Below, piece by piece: positions 31,825 through 41,642 of a DNA stretch of 64,000 nucleotides. The position numbers were made by a program, and so were the translations under genes. The notes under the pieces were generated by a model. The model saw only the letters and a program-made list of their open reading frames with translations. It had not been told where the DNA came from and searched no databases. The stretch comes from an uncultured Chloroflexia bacterium (GTDB lineage: Bacteria > Chloroflexota > Dehalococcoidia > DSTF01 > JALHUB01): positions 512,001 through 576,000 of the forward strand of contig OY969814.1 in the NCBI GenBank assembly GCA_963703345.1. Reading direction: 5' to 3'. Every line of letters begins with the position of its first letter. The first letter of the stretch is position 1.

Positions 31825-33168
31825 TTACGCCAACCATCGCCTCCTTGCGTACCAGCCCGCGGCGCCGAGGAGGAGGATTCCGGCGATGGCGCCGCCGATG
31901 GCCGCGTACGTCGTGGTCAACGAGCCCCCTGAGGCGCCCGCAAGCGATCCCCCGTTCATATCCGGTGCCTCCGCGACGCCGCCGACAAGACGCGGAGTGC
32001 TTGTGGGCGTCAGCGTCCGTGTTGGCGTAGGCGTGGGCGTGTTCGTCGGCGTGGAAGTGGGGGTGGGCGTATCAGCCGGCAGCGACACATAGATCAGGTC
32101 CACGACCGACCACGGCACCCATCCGCCGTTGTCTTCGTCGTAGCACCGGATCGCCAGCGGGGCCGTGCTAGTGACGTCGCACAGGTTGAATGGGTCAGTA
32201 CCGTTAGAGGCCGCCGAATTGTTGTGGTCGGGCTTGCTTTGCCAGAGTGGCGGGAGGGCAGCATCACTATGAAGGCCGCTGGGCACAGGGTTTGGTGGTG
32301 GCGCGGAGGCATTGGTGGTGTGAGTCCAGGGATCGGCGACGGTGATGGTCCCATGCCCAGCAGCACCCCCGGCAGTGTTGTAGCCTACTCCTGCGACCAC
32401 GTGGGCGGTCTCGGGAGTGGGGGAAGTGGTTCTCTCCAGCCACAGCAGGACGTCCTTACCGCTGCTCAGTTGGGTCTGGTAGTCCAGGAAGGTGGGCGGG
32501 CCGGCGACCTGGTCAACACCGGGCACGTGGCCGGGCGCGACCGCTCCCGGGCCGCAGGGGTTGAGAGTGTTCTGGGTGGGTGCAGCCCTGTTGACTTTCA
32601 GCCCGAAGTGACCGGGCGCGCACTTGGCCGGGTCGATGATGTCGTGGACCGCCAGGCCGTTACCGTTGTTTACGTAGGTCTTGAGGCCGATGAGGTAGTC
32701 CCACTCCTCTACGCCCTGGCCGTAGCAGTAGTTGGTCTCTAAGCCGTCCTTGCTGCCGTTCTGGTTGGTATCCGTGAACGTGCTCTCGGCGATCTTCCTC
32801 AGTACCATGGGGTAACCTATGACCGGAGCCGGAAGGCCGTCAACTGCGTCGCGCGAATCGTACCAGCAGGCGCTTCCGGCGTTCTTGCTGTCGTCGTCGA
32901 TATTCTTCCAGGTCTCATCTGGGCCCAGCAGCCCCTGCTGTCCGCTGGCATTATCCGCAAACCACCAGAAGGAGTCGGCGGCCGCTCCCACCCAGCACCA
33001 GGCGTCCGAGTGCTGGCCGAGGTCGGGCATGGAAACCTTCCAGAAGCTCACCGGCGGCGCATCCGCCCGCGCCGTGCTGCCGGCAGTATGCAGCAGGGCG
33101 AGTGTGAGGACCGGGGCTATCGCCGCCAGAGCTGCTGCACCAACTAAAACTGAGAATAGCTTCTTCAT
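31825..33168 (-). CDS. Secreted papain/C39-like cysteine peptidase with PT linker and GG-sorting-like tail
   Basis: MKKLFSVL signal; Q...WCWVGAAA, AHVVAGVGY, VADPW (Cys-His-Asp); VGGVAEAPD-TM-WYARRR. Confidence 0.75.
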   Translation of the reverse strand: MKKLFSVLVGAAALAAIAPVLTLALLHTAGSTARADAPPVSFWKVSMPDLGQHSDAWCWVGAAADSFWWFADNASGQQGLLGPDETWKNIDDDSKNAGSACWYDSRDAVDGLPAPVIGYPMVLRKIAESTFTDTNQNGSKDGLETNYCYGQGVEEWDYLIGLKTYVNNGNGLAVHDIIDPAKCAPGHFGLKVNRAAPTQNTLNPCGPGAVAPGHVPGVDQVAGPPTFLDYQTQLSSGKDVLLWLERTTSPTPETAHVVAGVGYNTAGGAAGHGTITVADPWTHTTNASAPPPNPVPSGLHSDAALPPLWQSKPDHNNSAASNGTDPFNLCDVTSTAPLAIRCYDEDNGGWVPWSVVDLIYVSLPADTPTPTSTPTNTPTPTPTRTLTPTSTPRLVGGVAEAPDMNGGSLAGASGGSLTTTYAAIGGAIAGILLLGAAGWYARRRWLA

Positions 33169-33312
33169 CTCCTTAACCTCTCGCTTTCCGCTGCCCGACG
33201 GGCCCTCCCGGCGCACGCACGTCGCTGGAGTGCGTCCGGCACGGCCCGTCGGGCCAATCGCCGCCGTTCGTTCGGCTTGGATGCGTAAGCGGCATCCCGC
33301 CCCCGACGGCGG
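33169..33312 (-). promoter_or_regulatory. Conserved structured 5' leader, copy B
   Basis: Strongly similar to 31544-31680. Confidence 0.65.
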
Positions 33313-33513
33313 CCAACCCCGCTGTCTATTCCTGTCGGCGCCTCCTTTCGGCTAAGGGGTCCTTCCGATTGAATTCCAACGAGCCGACCTATAGAATATG
33401 AAGTGCTAGGGTCTGCGCCCGCATTCCTTAGCCCGGGCCCCGCTGGCCACCACTATGCGGGGCCTCTTCTTGCCGCGTAGGCGATGTTCTAGTGTTCGAC
33501 CTAGCGCACAGAC

Positions 33514-33542
33514 AAAAACCGGCCGGGGAGTCGCCGGTCGGC
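33514..33542 (-). terminator. Intrinsic terminator
   Basis: CCGACCGG-CGACTCC-CCGGCCGG-TTTTT. Confidence 0.65.
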
Positions 33543-33692
33543 CTTCATCAAAGGCTTGCGCCCTGGGCCTCTAGCCCTTAGCAATCGCAGACACGCTGCC
33601 GACATCTTGTCCGCCGTGCCTTTTGGCCGCGGTCCGCTTCGCGCCAGCCAGCCGGAAAGGGGAGCCTGCGGTCAGTCTGTACTCTTAGAGAC
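33514..33692 (-). ncRNA. Candidate rod-shaped ncRNA / attenuator leader
   Basis: TATAAT at 33702-33697 just upstream; four nested helices; small hairpin; terminator. Confidence 0.5.
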
Positions 33693-33836
33693 ACGCATTA
33701 TACACCGCCTGTCAAGGGGCTACCAGCTTCCCCCTTCGACCCTGTCGGTGACTCGGCGAACCAGAACCTCGCGAAAATTGCCTCCGATGCCTGATCTTTC
33801 ATGGGAGGCCGGAAAGGGGAATCTGCTGGCCGCTCC

Positions 33837-34787
33837 CTACTTGGGGAAGACCGTGCCGGCCATGGCAGCGGCTATTCTCGGCGCCAGCCAGCGCGCCACG
33901 ATGTAGGAGGCTTCCGGCGTGAAGTGGACGCCGTCGTAGCGCATTCGCACGCCGTCGATGTACAGGTCCTCGAACTTGCCGTTTGGACAGACGAAGCTCT
34001 TCAGGTCGATCAGCGACACTCTGTCCGGGTTCTCTTCGGCGAAGCGACGGTACAGGGCGTTGAGCTCGTCGTCGCGCCAGCGGGCGTCCGCTTCCGCCGC
34101 CTTGCCGCCGTCCGACAGCATCAACCAGAGGTCGGGCCGCGGGTACGGCCACGTCAGAAGGATCAACTTCCCGTTCGGCGGCACTACCTTGTCGAGCACC
34201 GATTGCAGGTGATCGAGCACGTAAGCCTTCCATTCGAGCGTGCCGGTCTTGAGAGTAACGCCGTTCACGATGTGGTCGGGATAGTCCCAACCGCCGAACA
34301 CCATGAGGACGACATCCGGCCGATAGTTGACGGCGTCCCATGCCCAACTGGTCCGCCATTGCTGGCACTGCTGCTCGTGCTCGACGGATAGGTGTCCCGT
34401 CATGTCGATCATCATGTCCGCCGGAAGGAAGCCGCAGAAGAGGCCTCCGCGATTCAAGATGGAGAACTTCCAGTCGCGCCCCACGTCCGTCAGGCCCGGG
34501 TCCAGCGCCAGCCCCAGCGAGTCGCCGACGACCATTATGCGGAGAGGCCCCCTCGCCGGGTCGGCTGCCAGCGGCGTGGCAGTCGGCTCCGCGGCTTTCG
34601 TCGCCGAGCGTTGAACCTCCGCGGCCGCGACCTGCCGTTTCGCCGAGGTGCGGGTGCAGGAAAGCGACGTTAGCAGAAGGCAAACAGCGAACACGGCGAC
34701 AAGCAGCAGCGGGGCGGCGCTTCCCGCCCTGACCGAGCGCACTGCCGCGATATGTCGGAGCAGCGCTCTCGATATTGAAGAACGCAT
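33837..34787 (-). CDS. Membrane-anchored SGNH hydrolase
   Basis: TM, VVGDSL, RYDGVHF. Confidence 0.85.
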   Translation of the reverse strand: MRSSISRALLRHIAAVRSVRAGSAAPLLLVAVFAVCLLLTSLSCTRTSAKRQVAAAEVQRSATKAAEPTATPLAADPARGPLRIMVVGDSLGLALDPGLTDVGRDWKFSILNRGGLFCGFLPADMMIDMTGHLSVEHEQQCQQWRTSWAWDAVNYRPDVVLMVFGGWDYPDHIVNGVTLKTGTLEWKAYVLDHLQSVLDKVVPPNGKLILLTWPYPRPDLWLMLSDGGKAAEADARWRDDELNALYRRFAEENPDRVSLIDLKSFVCPNGKFEDLYIDGVRMRYDGVHFTPEASYIVARWLAPRIAAAMAGTVFPK

Positions 34788-34929
34788 CGCGAAGCCTCCT
34801 GGAGGCGTCAACGGGAACAGTGACTGGCGAGGGCCGTTGGAACGATTATAGTTGAAGCTGCCTGCCTGTCAACTTCCGCCGACCAGTTGACGACTTTGCT
34901 AAGATGGAATTGAGGGGATGGTGTGAGGC

Positions 34930-35520
34930 ATGGCGATGTCGATGGAAGAGGAAGACGAGGCGAAAGCGGCACCGGGCGAGCTTGAGACGGCTACGTTCGC
35001 CGGCGGTTGCTTCTGGTGCACCGAGGCGATCTTCAAGCGGATTAGGGGCGTTCACTCGGTCACTTCAGGTTACGCCGGCGGCCACGTGGAGAACCCCTCG
35101 TACGGGCAGGTCTCCGGCGGCCGCACCGGCCATGCCGAAGCCGTGCAGGTCACGTTCGACCCGCAAGTCGTCTCCTACGACAGCCTGCTCGACGTCTTTT
35201 GGTCGACCCACGACCCGACGACTCTCGACAGGCAGGGCGCGGACGTCGGCCACCAGTACCGCTCGGCTATCTTCTATCACAATGAAGAGCAGCGGCGCGC
35301 CGCGGAAGCCTCGCGAGACAGATGGCAGGCGTCCGGCAAGTTCAACGACAAGATCGTCACCAGCATCGAGCCGTTCACGCGGTTCTACCCGGCCGAGGAC
35401 TATCACCAGGACTACTACGCCGCCAATCCGCACGCGTCTTACTGCTCGATAGTAATCGAACCCAAGATCCGGAAGCTGCTGCGCGACTTCCGCGATGAGG
35501 TGAAGGAGGAATGCCGGTGA
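34930..35520 (+). CDS. msrA: Methionine-S-sulfoxide reductase
   Basis: AGGCFWC, GHAE, QYRS, AEDYHQ. Confidence 0.96.
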   Translation: MAMSMEEEDEAKAAPGELETATFAGGCFWCTEAIFKRIRGVHSVTSGYAGGHVENPSYGQVSGGRTGHAEAVQVTFDPQVVSYDSLLDVFWSTHDPTTLDRQGADVGHQYRSAIFYHNEEQRRAAEASRDRWQASGKFNDKIVTSIEPFTRFYPAEDYHQDYYAANPHASYCSIVIEPKIRKLLRDFRDEVKEECR

Positions 35521-35927
35521 AGGGGAGCAAAGTCAAAGCAACCGAGGAAATGAAGAAGAAGCTAACGCCTGAGCAGTACAACGTCTGCTTCTTGAAGGGG
35601 ACCGAGCCGCCGTTCTCCGGCAAATACACGCACAACAAGGAGCCGGGGACTTATCGCTGCGCCGTCTGCGGCAGCGAGCTATTCACGTCCGAGTCGAAGT
35701 TCGATTCCGGCACCGGCTGGCCGTCCTTCGACCGCGCCGAAGGCAACGAGCGCATCGAATACACCGACGACTACGCGTACGGCATGCGACGGACCGAGGT
35801 GACCTGCGCGAACTGCGGCTCGCACCTGGGCCACGTCTTCGACGACGGCCCGACGGCGACCGGTAAGCGCTACTGCATCAACTCGCTATCGCTGGAGTTC
35901 GTCTCGAAAGCGAAGTCTTCCCAATAG
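35511..35927 (+). CDS. msrB: Methionine-R-sulfoxide reductase
   Basis: GTEPPF, SGTGWPSF, HLGHVF, RYCINS. Confidence 0.96.
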   Translation: MPVKGSKVKATEEMKKKLTPEQYNVCFLKGTEPPFSGKYTHNKEPGTYRCAVCGSELFTSESKFDSGTGWPSFDRAEGNERIEYTDDYAYGMRRTEVTCANCGSHLGHVFDDGPTATGKRYCINSLSLEFVSKAKSSQ

Positions 35928-35930
35928 CGA

Positions 35931-38072
35931 TTAGCGCGCCTTCCGCCAGCGCCTCCGCGCGTACCAGCCGCCCGCCCCGAGAACGATCACTGCAGCCCCG
36001 GCTCCCGTCAGAGCGGCGTAAGGCGGCGACGTTGAGCCGGCCGTCTGCGGAGGCGGCGCGTTCATGTCCGGGGCCTCCGCGATGCCGCCCACGGCAGGAT
36101 CACTCGCAGACGCGGACCGATCCACAACATTGACCTTGACGTAGTCATTGTCCCAGGCGCCTTGGCAATGGTCAGGCCAGGGCGGAATGCCGCAAGCATT
36201 CACCGTGGCAAAGTTCGTGATTACACCGGGCGTGCTCAAAGTTACGTCCACCGATTTCTCGCACGTGTTGCCCGCGGAGATCAATGAGCAGTCGCCGTCC
36301 AAGTTGGGGAGAGCGTCATCAACGACGTTCGCGTACATTGGTCGGTCACCGCTGTTGGTGACAACCCAACGGAAAGTGACCGAATCTCCAACGTGTAAGG
36401 TGATAGGCCCCTGCTGGCCGTTGGCGGTCTCGTCAATGGACGCCTTCGGGGCGGATCTTACGCTTGTGGGCGTGAAGGTGGGAGTGGGTGTCGGTGTGCA
36501 CATGCCAGGAGGACACGGCGTCGCGGTTGGGGTTGGAGTCCCCGTGTCGGTAGGGGTGGGAGTGGGAGTCGGCGCCAGGAGCGTGAAACTGAGATCTCCT
36601 CTGCTCCCGGCAAAGCCTCCTACCTGAAAGTGATAAGTGGTGCCGGCGATAGCATCGAACGTGATGAGAGACGTCAACCCGGGCCCCGAATCATCGTCGC
36701 AGGCCAGGTTGGTCAAGTCCCCCAAATCGCTTCCCGTGTAGACTGCCAGGGCCGAGTCGTAGTCGCTTCCCGCGGTATCGACCTGCAGCATCACGCTTTG
36801 AGACGGCGTGTAACTGTACCACACGGTCGAGCCGATGCTGGCGCAGGGCTGGGGCTCGCTAGTCTGCGATGAGGCGCACATAGTAGATGTGTTAGCCGAA
36901 AACGGTTCTGCCCCTATCCCAGCCGCGTTGGCGAAATAGTCGTTCCCGGGCGGAATACAGGCCTGGAAGTCCAACACGTTCACCGGGCTGACGCTGTCGG
37001 TCGTCGTGCCATCACCTAGTTGGCCGTATCCGTTGAAACCCCAGCACTGGGCGCTGCCGTCGCTGAGCAGGGCGCATGTATGGTTCCAGCCGGTGGCGAT
37101 GGCAACTGCGTTGCTCAGGCCCGAGACCGGCACCGGACTGCCACCGTAGCCCGCGCCCCAGCATTTGGCCGTGCCGTCACTAAGCAACGCGCAACTGTGC
37201 TCCCAGCCGATAACGACAGCGATCACGTTGCTCAGGCCCGAGACCGCCACCGGGCTACTCTGACTAACATTTGTCCCGTCTCCTAATTGGCCGTTATTGT
37301 TGAAGCCCCAGCACTTGACGGTCGCGTCAGCGAGGAGGACACAAGTGTGGCCGAAGCTCCGACCGGGTGCGATGCCGGTGGCGTTGTTTAGACCCGAGAC
37401 TGTGACGGGGGCAGACTGGCTAATCAGTGTGCCGTCCCCAAGCTGACCGAACGAGTTGAAACCCCAGCACCTGACAGTGCCGTCATTGAGCACGGCGCAA
37501 GTATGATATTCTCCGCCGCCAATCGCTACGGCATTGCTGAGATTCGAGACGGCCACCGGGTTGGAGCGATTCATCGTGGTGCCGTCGCCTAGCTGACCGT
37601 GCGAGTTCTCGCCCCAACAGCGCATCGAGCCGTCGCCGAAGAGGGCGCAAGTGTGGTTGCCCGCCGCATTGATGGCGATGACGTTGTTCAAGCCCGAGAC
37701 CGTGACGGGTGTGTGGTGGTCCGCGGTCGTACCGTCTCCGAGCTGGCCATCTCCGTTCCAGCCCCAGCACTTGGCGGTGCCGTCGTTGAGGAGGGCGCAG
37801 GTGTGGCTGGTACCGGCGGAGATCGCGACGGCGTCGGTCAAACCCGAGACCGTGACGGGTGTGTGGTGCTCTGCGGTCGTACCGTCCCCAAGCTGGCCGT
37901 ATCCGTTCCAGCCCCAGCACTTGGCGGTACCGTCGCTGAGCAGAGCGCAGGTATGCTGCCCTCCACCAGAGACAGCGCCGAGGAGGGTTGCAGAGCCAGG
38001 CTTGGGCCGGCCCAGCCCCAGGATTGCGAGCACCGCCAGAAAGGATAGGACTATCGGAATCAAGCGTTTTAT
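35931..38072 (-). CDS. Secreted RCC1-repeat beta-propeller + PPC-like + Ig-like protein with GG-sorting-like tail (ATA start at 38072 or GTG at 38081)
   Basis: Seven HTCALL..G..KCWG.N..GQLGDG repeats; PT linker; VGGIAEAPD-TM-WYARRR. Confidence 0.88.
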   Translation of the reverse strand: MKRLIPIVLSFLAVLAILGLGRPKPGSATLLGAVSGGGQHTCALLSDGTAKCWGWNGYGQLGDGTTAEHHTPVTVSGLTDAVAISAGTSHTCALLNDGTAKCWGWNGDGQLGDGTTADHHTPVTVSGLNNVIAINAAGNHTCALFGDGSMRCWGENSHGQLGDGTTMNRSNPVAVSNLSNAVAIGGGEYHTCAVLNDGTVRCWGFNSFGQLGDGTLISQSAPVTVSGLNNATGIAPGRSFGHTCVLLADATVKCWGFNNNGQLGDGTNVSQSSPVAVSGLSNVIAVVIGWEHSCALLSDGTAKCWGAGYGGSPVPVSGLSNAVAIATGWNHTCALLSDGSAQCWGFNGYGQLGDGTTTDSVSPVNVLDFQACIPPGNDYFANAAGIGAEPFSANTSTMCASSQTSEPQPCASIGSTVWYSYTPSQSVMLQVDTAGSDYDSALAVYTGSDLGDLTNLACDDDSGPGLTSLITFDAIAGTTYHFQVGGFAGSRGDLSFTLLAPTPTPTPTDTGTPTPTATPCPPGMCTPTPTPTFTPTSVRSAPKASIDETANGQQGPITLHVGDSVTFRWVVTNSGDRPMYANVVDDALPNLDGDCSLISAGNTCEKSVDVTLSTPGVITNFATVNACGIPPWPDHCQGAWDNDYVKVNVVDRSASASDPAVGGIAEAPDMNAPPPQTAGSTSPPYAALTGAGAAVIVLGAGGWYARRRWRKAR

Positions 38073-38241
38073 GACGCTCACCTCCCAAGACTACTTGCGG
38101 CCCCACAACAATTTCAAGCCGGAACTAGCGGCACCTGCGGCGTGCATCAAGGAAGAGCGGCAATAACTTCCATTCGCTCAACCTCGCTGTTGGCGGGGGT
38201 GAAGCAGCGGAGCTATTCAGCAACGAGCCGTCGATGCGAGG

Positions 38242-38269
38242 ATTATAGCATCGGCAGCACGGTTGTCAA
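38242..38269 (-). promoter_or_regulatory. sigma70 promoter for RCC1 gene
   Basis: TTGACA-N16-TATAAT with TG extended -10. Confidence 0.7.
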
Positions 38270-38270
38270 C

Positions 38271-38585
38271 TCATAGGGTGGGGGACGTGACGCTTTCCGA
38301 CGCCTCCTCGGAAAGGTGGAGCAGGCCCGCCGCCAACTCTTCCATGCTGTAGGGCCCTTGTCGACGATGGCGCAGCAACGCCTCGATGTTCACCGAATAG
38401 CGGTTACGCCGGCCCTCTTTCTGGCGGGAGATCATGCCGTCCTCTTCCAGAGCCCGGAGAATGGAGAAGGCAGCTCTGTCTGTGATGCCGACGGCGAGAG
38501 AGATGTCGCGCTGGGTTGAGCGAGGGTGGTCGATGACGTGGATCAGGACAAGCGCGTGATTGGTGAGGAAATCCCAATGAGCCAT
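38271..38585 (-). CDS. Winged-HTH transcriptional regulator
   Basis: WDFLTNHALVL, GITDR, KEGRRNRY; SD GGAGG. Confidence 0.85.
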   Translation of the reverse strand: MAHWDFLTNHALVLIHVIDHPRSTQRDISLAVGITDRAAFSILRALEEDGMISRQKEGRRNRYSVNIEALLRHRRQGPYSMEELAAGLLHLSEEASESVTSPTL

Positions 38586-38605
38586 ATTTTCTTCCTCCAA
38601 AGGAC

Positions 38606-38633
38606 TTGACAAGGCTTAAAAAGGAAGTACAAT
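38606..38633 (+). promoter_or_regulatory. sigma70 promoter divergent from the HTH gene
   Basis: TTGACA-N16-TACAAT. Confidence 0.55.
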
Positions 38634-39190
38634 ACTGGCAAAGAGTAACCAGGTATGAAGTTCATGGTACGCCTGTCTGGAATGTAGTAGCCGGTCTTAC
38701 TTGTCGAGAATCATTGTTCATGATGGACGCTCCAAAGTCAAGCGGTTGGAGCGACAAAAAGATAAAAATCGCGGCAAGGCCGGATTATTAAACGCCGTGG
38801 ACTGGAGAGATCTCTGGGGCCGTCCATTCAGGGAGGATTCGGAGCCCGTCGTCGCAGAGGGGGACTAGGCCACTAGTCGGGCTGGGCGACACGGGCATCA
38901 GTGACCGGGCCTGCGGAGAGCGGCGATGGGCGATCGGATACGGGGTCCGAGGGGTACCCCGCCGGGCGGCTGGCCAGGGTCGGCCTGTCCCGCCCCGTGG
39001 GCCTGGTCATTCCTGAGCACCACATTCACTAGGCTGCGCTGCCTGTAGGACCTGCTAATTGTCCAACCTCCCGCTCGCCGCTGCGTAACGCGCGGTCGCC
39101 GACTTCCCTTAACCTCTGCCTAACACTCTTGGCGAACCTACGAGTGCTATAATTTGATCAGGAAGTCACACCAGAAAGGTCAGGCAGGCA

Positions 39191-39484
39191 ATGAGATTCA
39201 GTTCGGCAAGATCGAGCGTCACGCTGGCGGCGTTGCCGCTGGTAGTTCTCGCTTTTCGCCACGGCGACCATATGGGGGACTGGGGAGGAGGTTGGTGGAT
39301 TGCCATGATATTGATGATGGTGATCTTCTGGGCCGCTGTCATCGCCCTGGCAGCCTGGGCCTTCAGCAGGATCGTCGGAACACATAAGGCCGAGAAGAGC
39401 CCTCTGGACATCGCTAAGGAACGCCTGGCCAGGGGCGAGATATCGGCCGAGGAGTTCGAGCGAATCAAACAGCAACTGGCCTAG
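39191..39484 (+). CDS. SHOCT-domain membrane protein
   Basis: TM then PLDIAKERLARGEISAEEF; upstream 11-bp direct repeat CTTAACCTCTG/CCTAACACTCT (OmpR-type site-like) and TATAAT. Confidence 0.85.
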   Translation: MRFSSARSSVTLAALPLVVLAFRHGDHMGDWGGGWWIAMILMMVIFWAAVIALAAWAFSRIVGTHKAEKSPLDIAKERLARGEISAEEFERIKQQLA

Positions 39485-39801
39485 GCGTCGCGCGCGATAG
39501 ACACGAAATCACAAATGAGGCAGGGCCGACAGGTTGCTCTTGCCGGGTCTCTTCTATGTTCAGGATGAGATATGGGCCACTGCGACCTTTAACCGTCGGC
39601 TCTCGAGTTGACGCCGTGAAAGGAAGAGGGTCTTCGGTCGGCCCTCAGGGCGCAGCTACCGCCAGTGTCTCGTAGGCTCCGGTTCCAGAGTCCCGGTCGA
39701 ATGGGCCCGCGGAGTCCCCGTCGAATGCAAATGCAGTGGGGTATCGAGCGGGAACGCCATTGCGCGTAGCTGGCATGTGTGGGTTTCGAGAATTGCCGCG
39801 C

Positions 39802-40632
39802 TCATGTCGGCGCGAGTTGCCCGAAACGCCACACATCGAGGCAGTACGCCACAGGCCGCACTATCTCCTCGTCCATGTTGCTGTAGTGGCGGCTGTACCA
39901 GGATTCGAGTTCGGAGAGGCACTCCGCGAACAGGTCCTCGGGTATCTCCCAGGTCCACGAATCAACCCGGTTGCGAATTCTCTCTAGGTTCTGCGCCGGC
40001 GTCCGGCGGATCTCTCCTTCGGCGAACGGCACCACTCGGCATGAGCCTCCCAGAGTCTGCAGGGTGCCACGGATCTCATCCGTGCTGGGCCTCGTGTGAG
40101 CGACGAAGTTTCGGGCCGCCATCATCTCCCTCAACTTGGACATGGCCGCACGCCACTCTTCCAGCATCGCTTCCCCTACTCTTGCGGCCTCCGTACCGTC
40201 GCATACCAGAATGCCTCCCGGTGCTAGCACGCGGCGCAACTCCTCCAGCGCTGTCTGCCAGGGGGAAACGAGGTGCAATACATGAAAGACCAGCACCGCG
40301 GGGAAGGATTCTGAGGCAAGCGGCAGCCGGGTCGCATCGCCCAGAATCAAGTCTGGCTGCATTTGGCTTGGCTCGACCTGCTCTCGCAGTCGGGCAAGCA
40401 TACGAGGAGAGATATCGATAGCTAGAACCCTGATGCCGCGCTCGGCGAGCGGGCGGGCAATGCGCCCAGTGCCGACGCCCACCTCAAGGATGCGGTCAGC
40501 ACCCGCGGCGGCTATCTCTGAGAGAAGGGCGCCCGTGAGTTCTCGGGCGATTCCTTCCGGCAGCGCCCGCGTCTGGTCATAGGTCTCGGCGGCGCGGTCG
40601 AAACTAATGCTCTCCAAGGTCTGATTCATCAT
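39802..40632 (-). CDS. Class I SAM methyltransferase
   Basis: SFDRAAETYD, LEVGVGTGR, RVLAPGG. Confidence 0.88.
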   Translation of the reverse strand: MMNQTLESISFDRAAETYDQTRALPEGIARELTGALLSEIAAAGADRILEVGVGTGRIARPLAERGIRVLAIDISPRMLARLREQVEPSQMQPDLILGDATRLPLASESFPAVLVFHVLHLVSPWQTALEELRRVLAPGGILVCDGTEAARVGEAMLEEWRAAMSKLREMMAARNFVAHTRPSTDEIRGTLQTLGGSCRVVPFAEGEIRRTPAQNLERIRNRVDSWTWEIPEDLFAECLSELESWYSRHYSNMDEEIVRPVAYCLDVWRFGQLAPT

Positions 40633-40689
40633 GGCACAGCTCGACCTCTGTGAATAGGACGATCGAATCGGCTCGCCATCGGCCCTCCT

Positions 40690-40718
40690 TTGACACCTTC
40701 AGCGCCCCCTGATATCCT
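40690..40718 (+). promoter_or_regulatory. sigma70 promoter
   Basis: TTGACA-N17-TATCCT. Confidence 0.6.
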
Positions 40719-40751
40719 CTGCGCAACCTTCAAGAATGCAAAGGCCTGCGT

Positions 40752-41381
40752 ATGCCCCCCGAGGAGCTGAAGGTCGTCAGGCTGGGGCCTCTGGGCCCGT
40801 TCGATAACAACGCCTACCTGATCGTTGACCCCTCAGGCCGAGAAAGCGTGATCGTTGACGCGCCTCCTGAGGGTGAAAAGACCTTGGAGGCGGCCCAGGG
40901 CACCTGCGTCTCCCGCATCATCGTCACGCACCGCCACGGTGACCACTGGGCCAGCATTGATGCGCTCAGGTCGGCTACGGGTGCCCCTGTCTATTGCCAT
41001 GAGACCGACCGTGAGTCTCACGCCGACAAGGTGGACGGCACGTTAGAAGACGGCGAGGAGATCGCGCTGGGCAGGGGCCGCCTGCGCGCCATCCATACGC
41101 CCGGACATACGCCGGGCAGCATCTGCCTGCTTGTCGGCGGTGTTCTTATCGCCGGCGACACCCTCTTCCCCGGCGGGCCCGGCCACAGCGACCGGCCGGA
41201 GGACCTTCAGCAGGAGATCCGCTCCATTGTCGAGCGCCTGTTCATCCTTCCCGACGAAACGGAAGTCTATCCCGGCCACGGCGACGGGACGACCATTGGC
41301 CGGGCGAAACAGGAGTACGTCGTCTTTGCCTCGCGGGAGCATCCGGGGGACCTCTGCGGCGATGTCCTGTGGGAGGCGTGA
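40752..41381 (+). CDS. MBL-fold hydrolase (glyoxalase II-like)
   Basis: THRHGDH, TPGHTPG, GDTLF, PGHG. Confidence 0.9.
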   Translation: MPPEELKVVRLGPLGPFDNNAYLIVDPSGRESVIVDAPPEGEKTLEAAQGTCVSRIIVTHRHGDHWASIDALRSATGAPVYCHETDRESHADKVDGTLEDGEEIALGRGRLRAIHTPGHTPGSICLLVGGVLIAGDTLFPGGPGHSDRPEDLQQEIRSIVERLFILPDETEVYPGHGDGTTIGRAKQEYVVFASREHPGDLCGDVLWEA

Positions 41382-41540
41382 CCGAAAGTGATGTCGAACG
41401 GCTCCCGCTCGGATCTCTGAGCCTACTCTTTAGAGTTACTGCTCTGGACGCGATAACAGGCGTAGGCTCCCTAGGGTAACCCTATGCGTGATAGGCAGAT
41501 GCTCCCACAGCCTGCAGCCCCCGAGAGCACCACACCATGA

Positions 41541-41568
41541 TGCATTAGTGTGGGCGGAAGTCAAGGCG
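41541..41568 (+). repeat. 28-bp direct repeat, copy 1
   Basis: TGCATTAGTGTGGGCGGAAGTCAAGGCG; 27/28 match at 42813. Confidence 0.8.
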
Positions 41569-41642
41569 GCATTGCGTCGGCAGCGTCGCGATGCAACAAT
41601 TCTCCCGGCAGGGTGACGTACCGCTCGACGAAAGGACTTTGC

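Noticed and set aside
33560-33680. c-di-GMP-I riboswitch or T-box
   Set aside because: Lacks the GCAAA/GAAA architecture and the T-box consensus
39120-39150. CIRCE-like CTAACACTC...GAGTGCTAT
   Set aside because: Spacer is 13 nt rather than 9 and the downstream gene is not a chaperone
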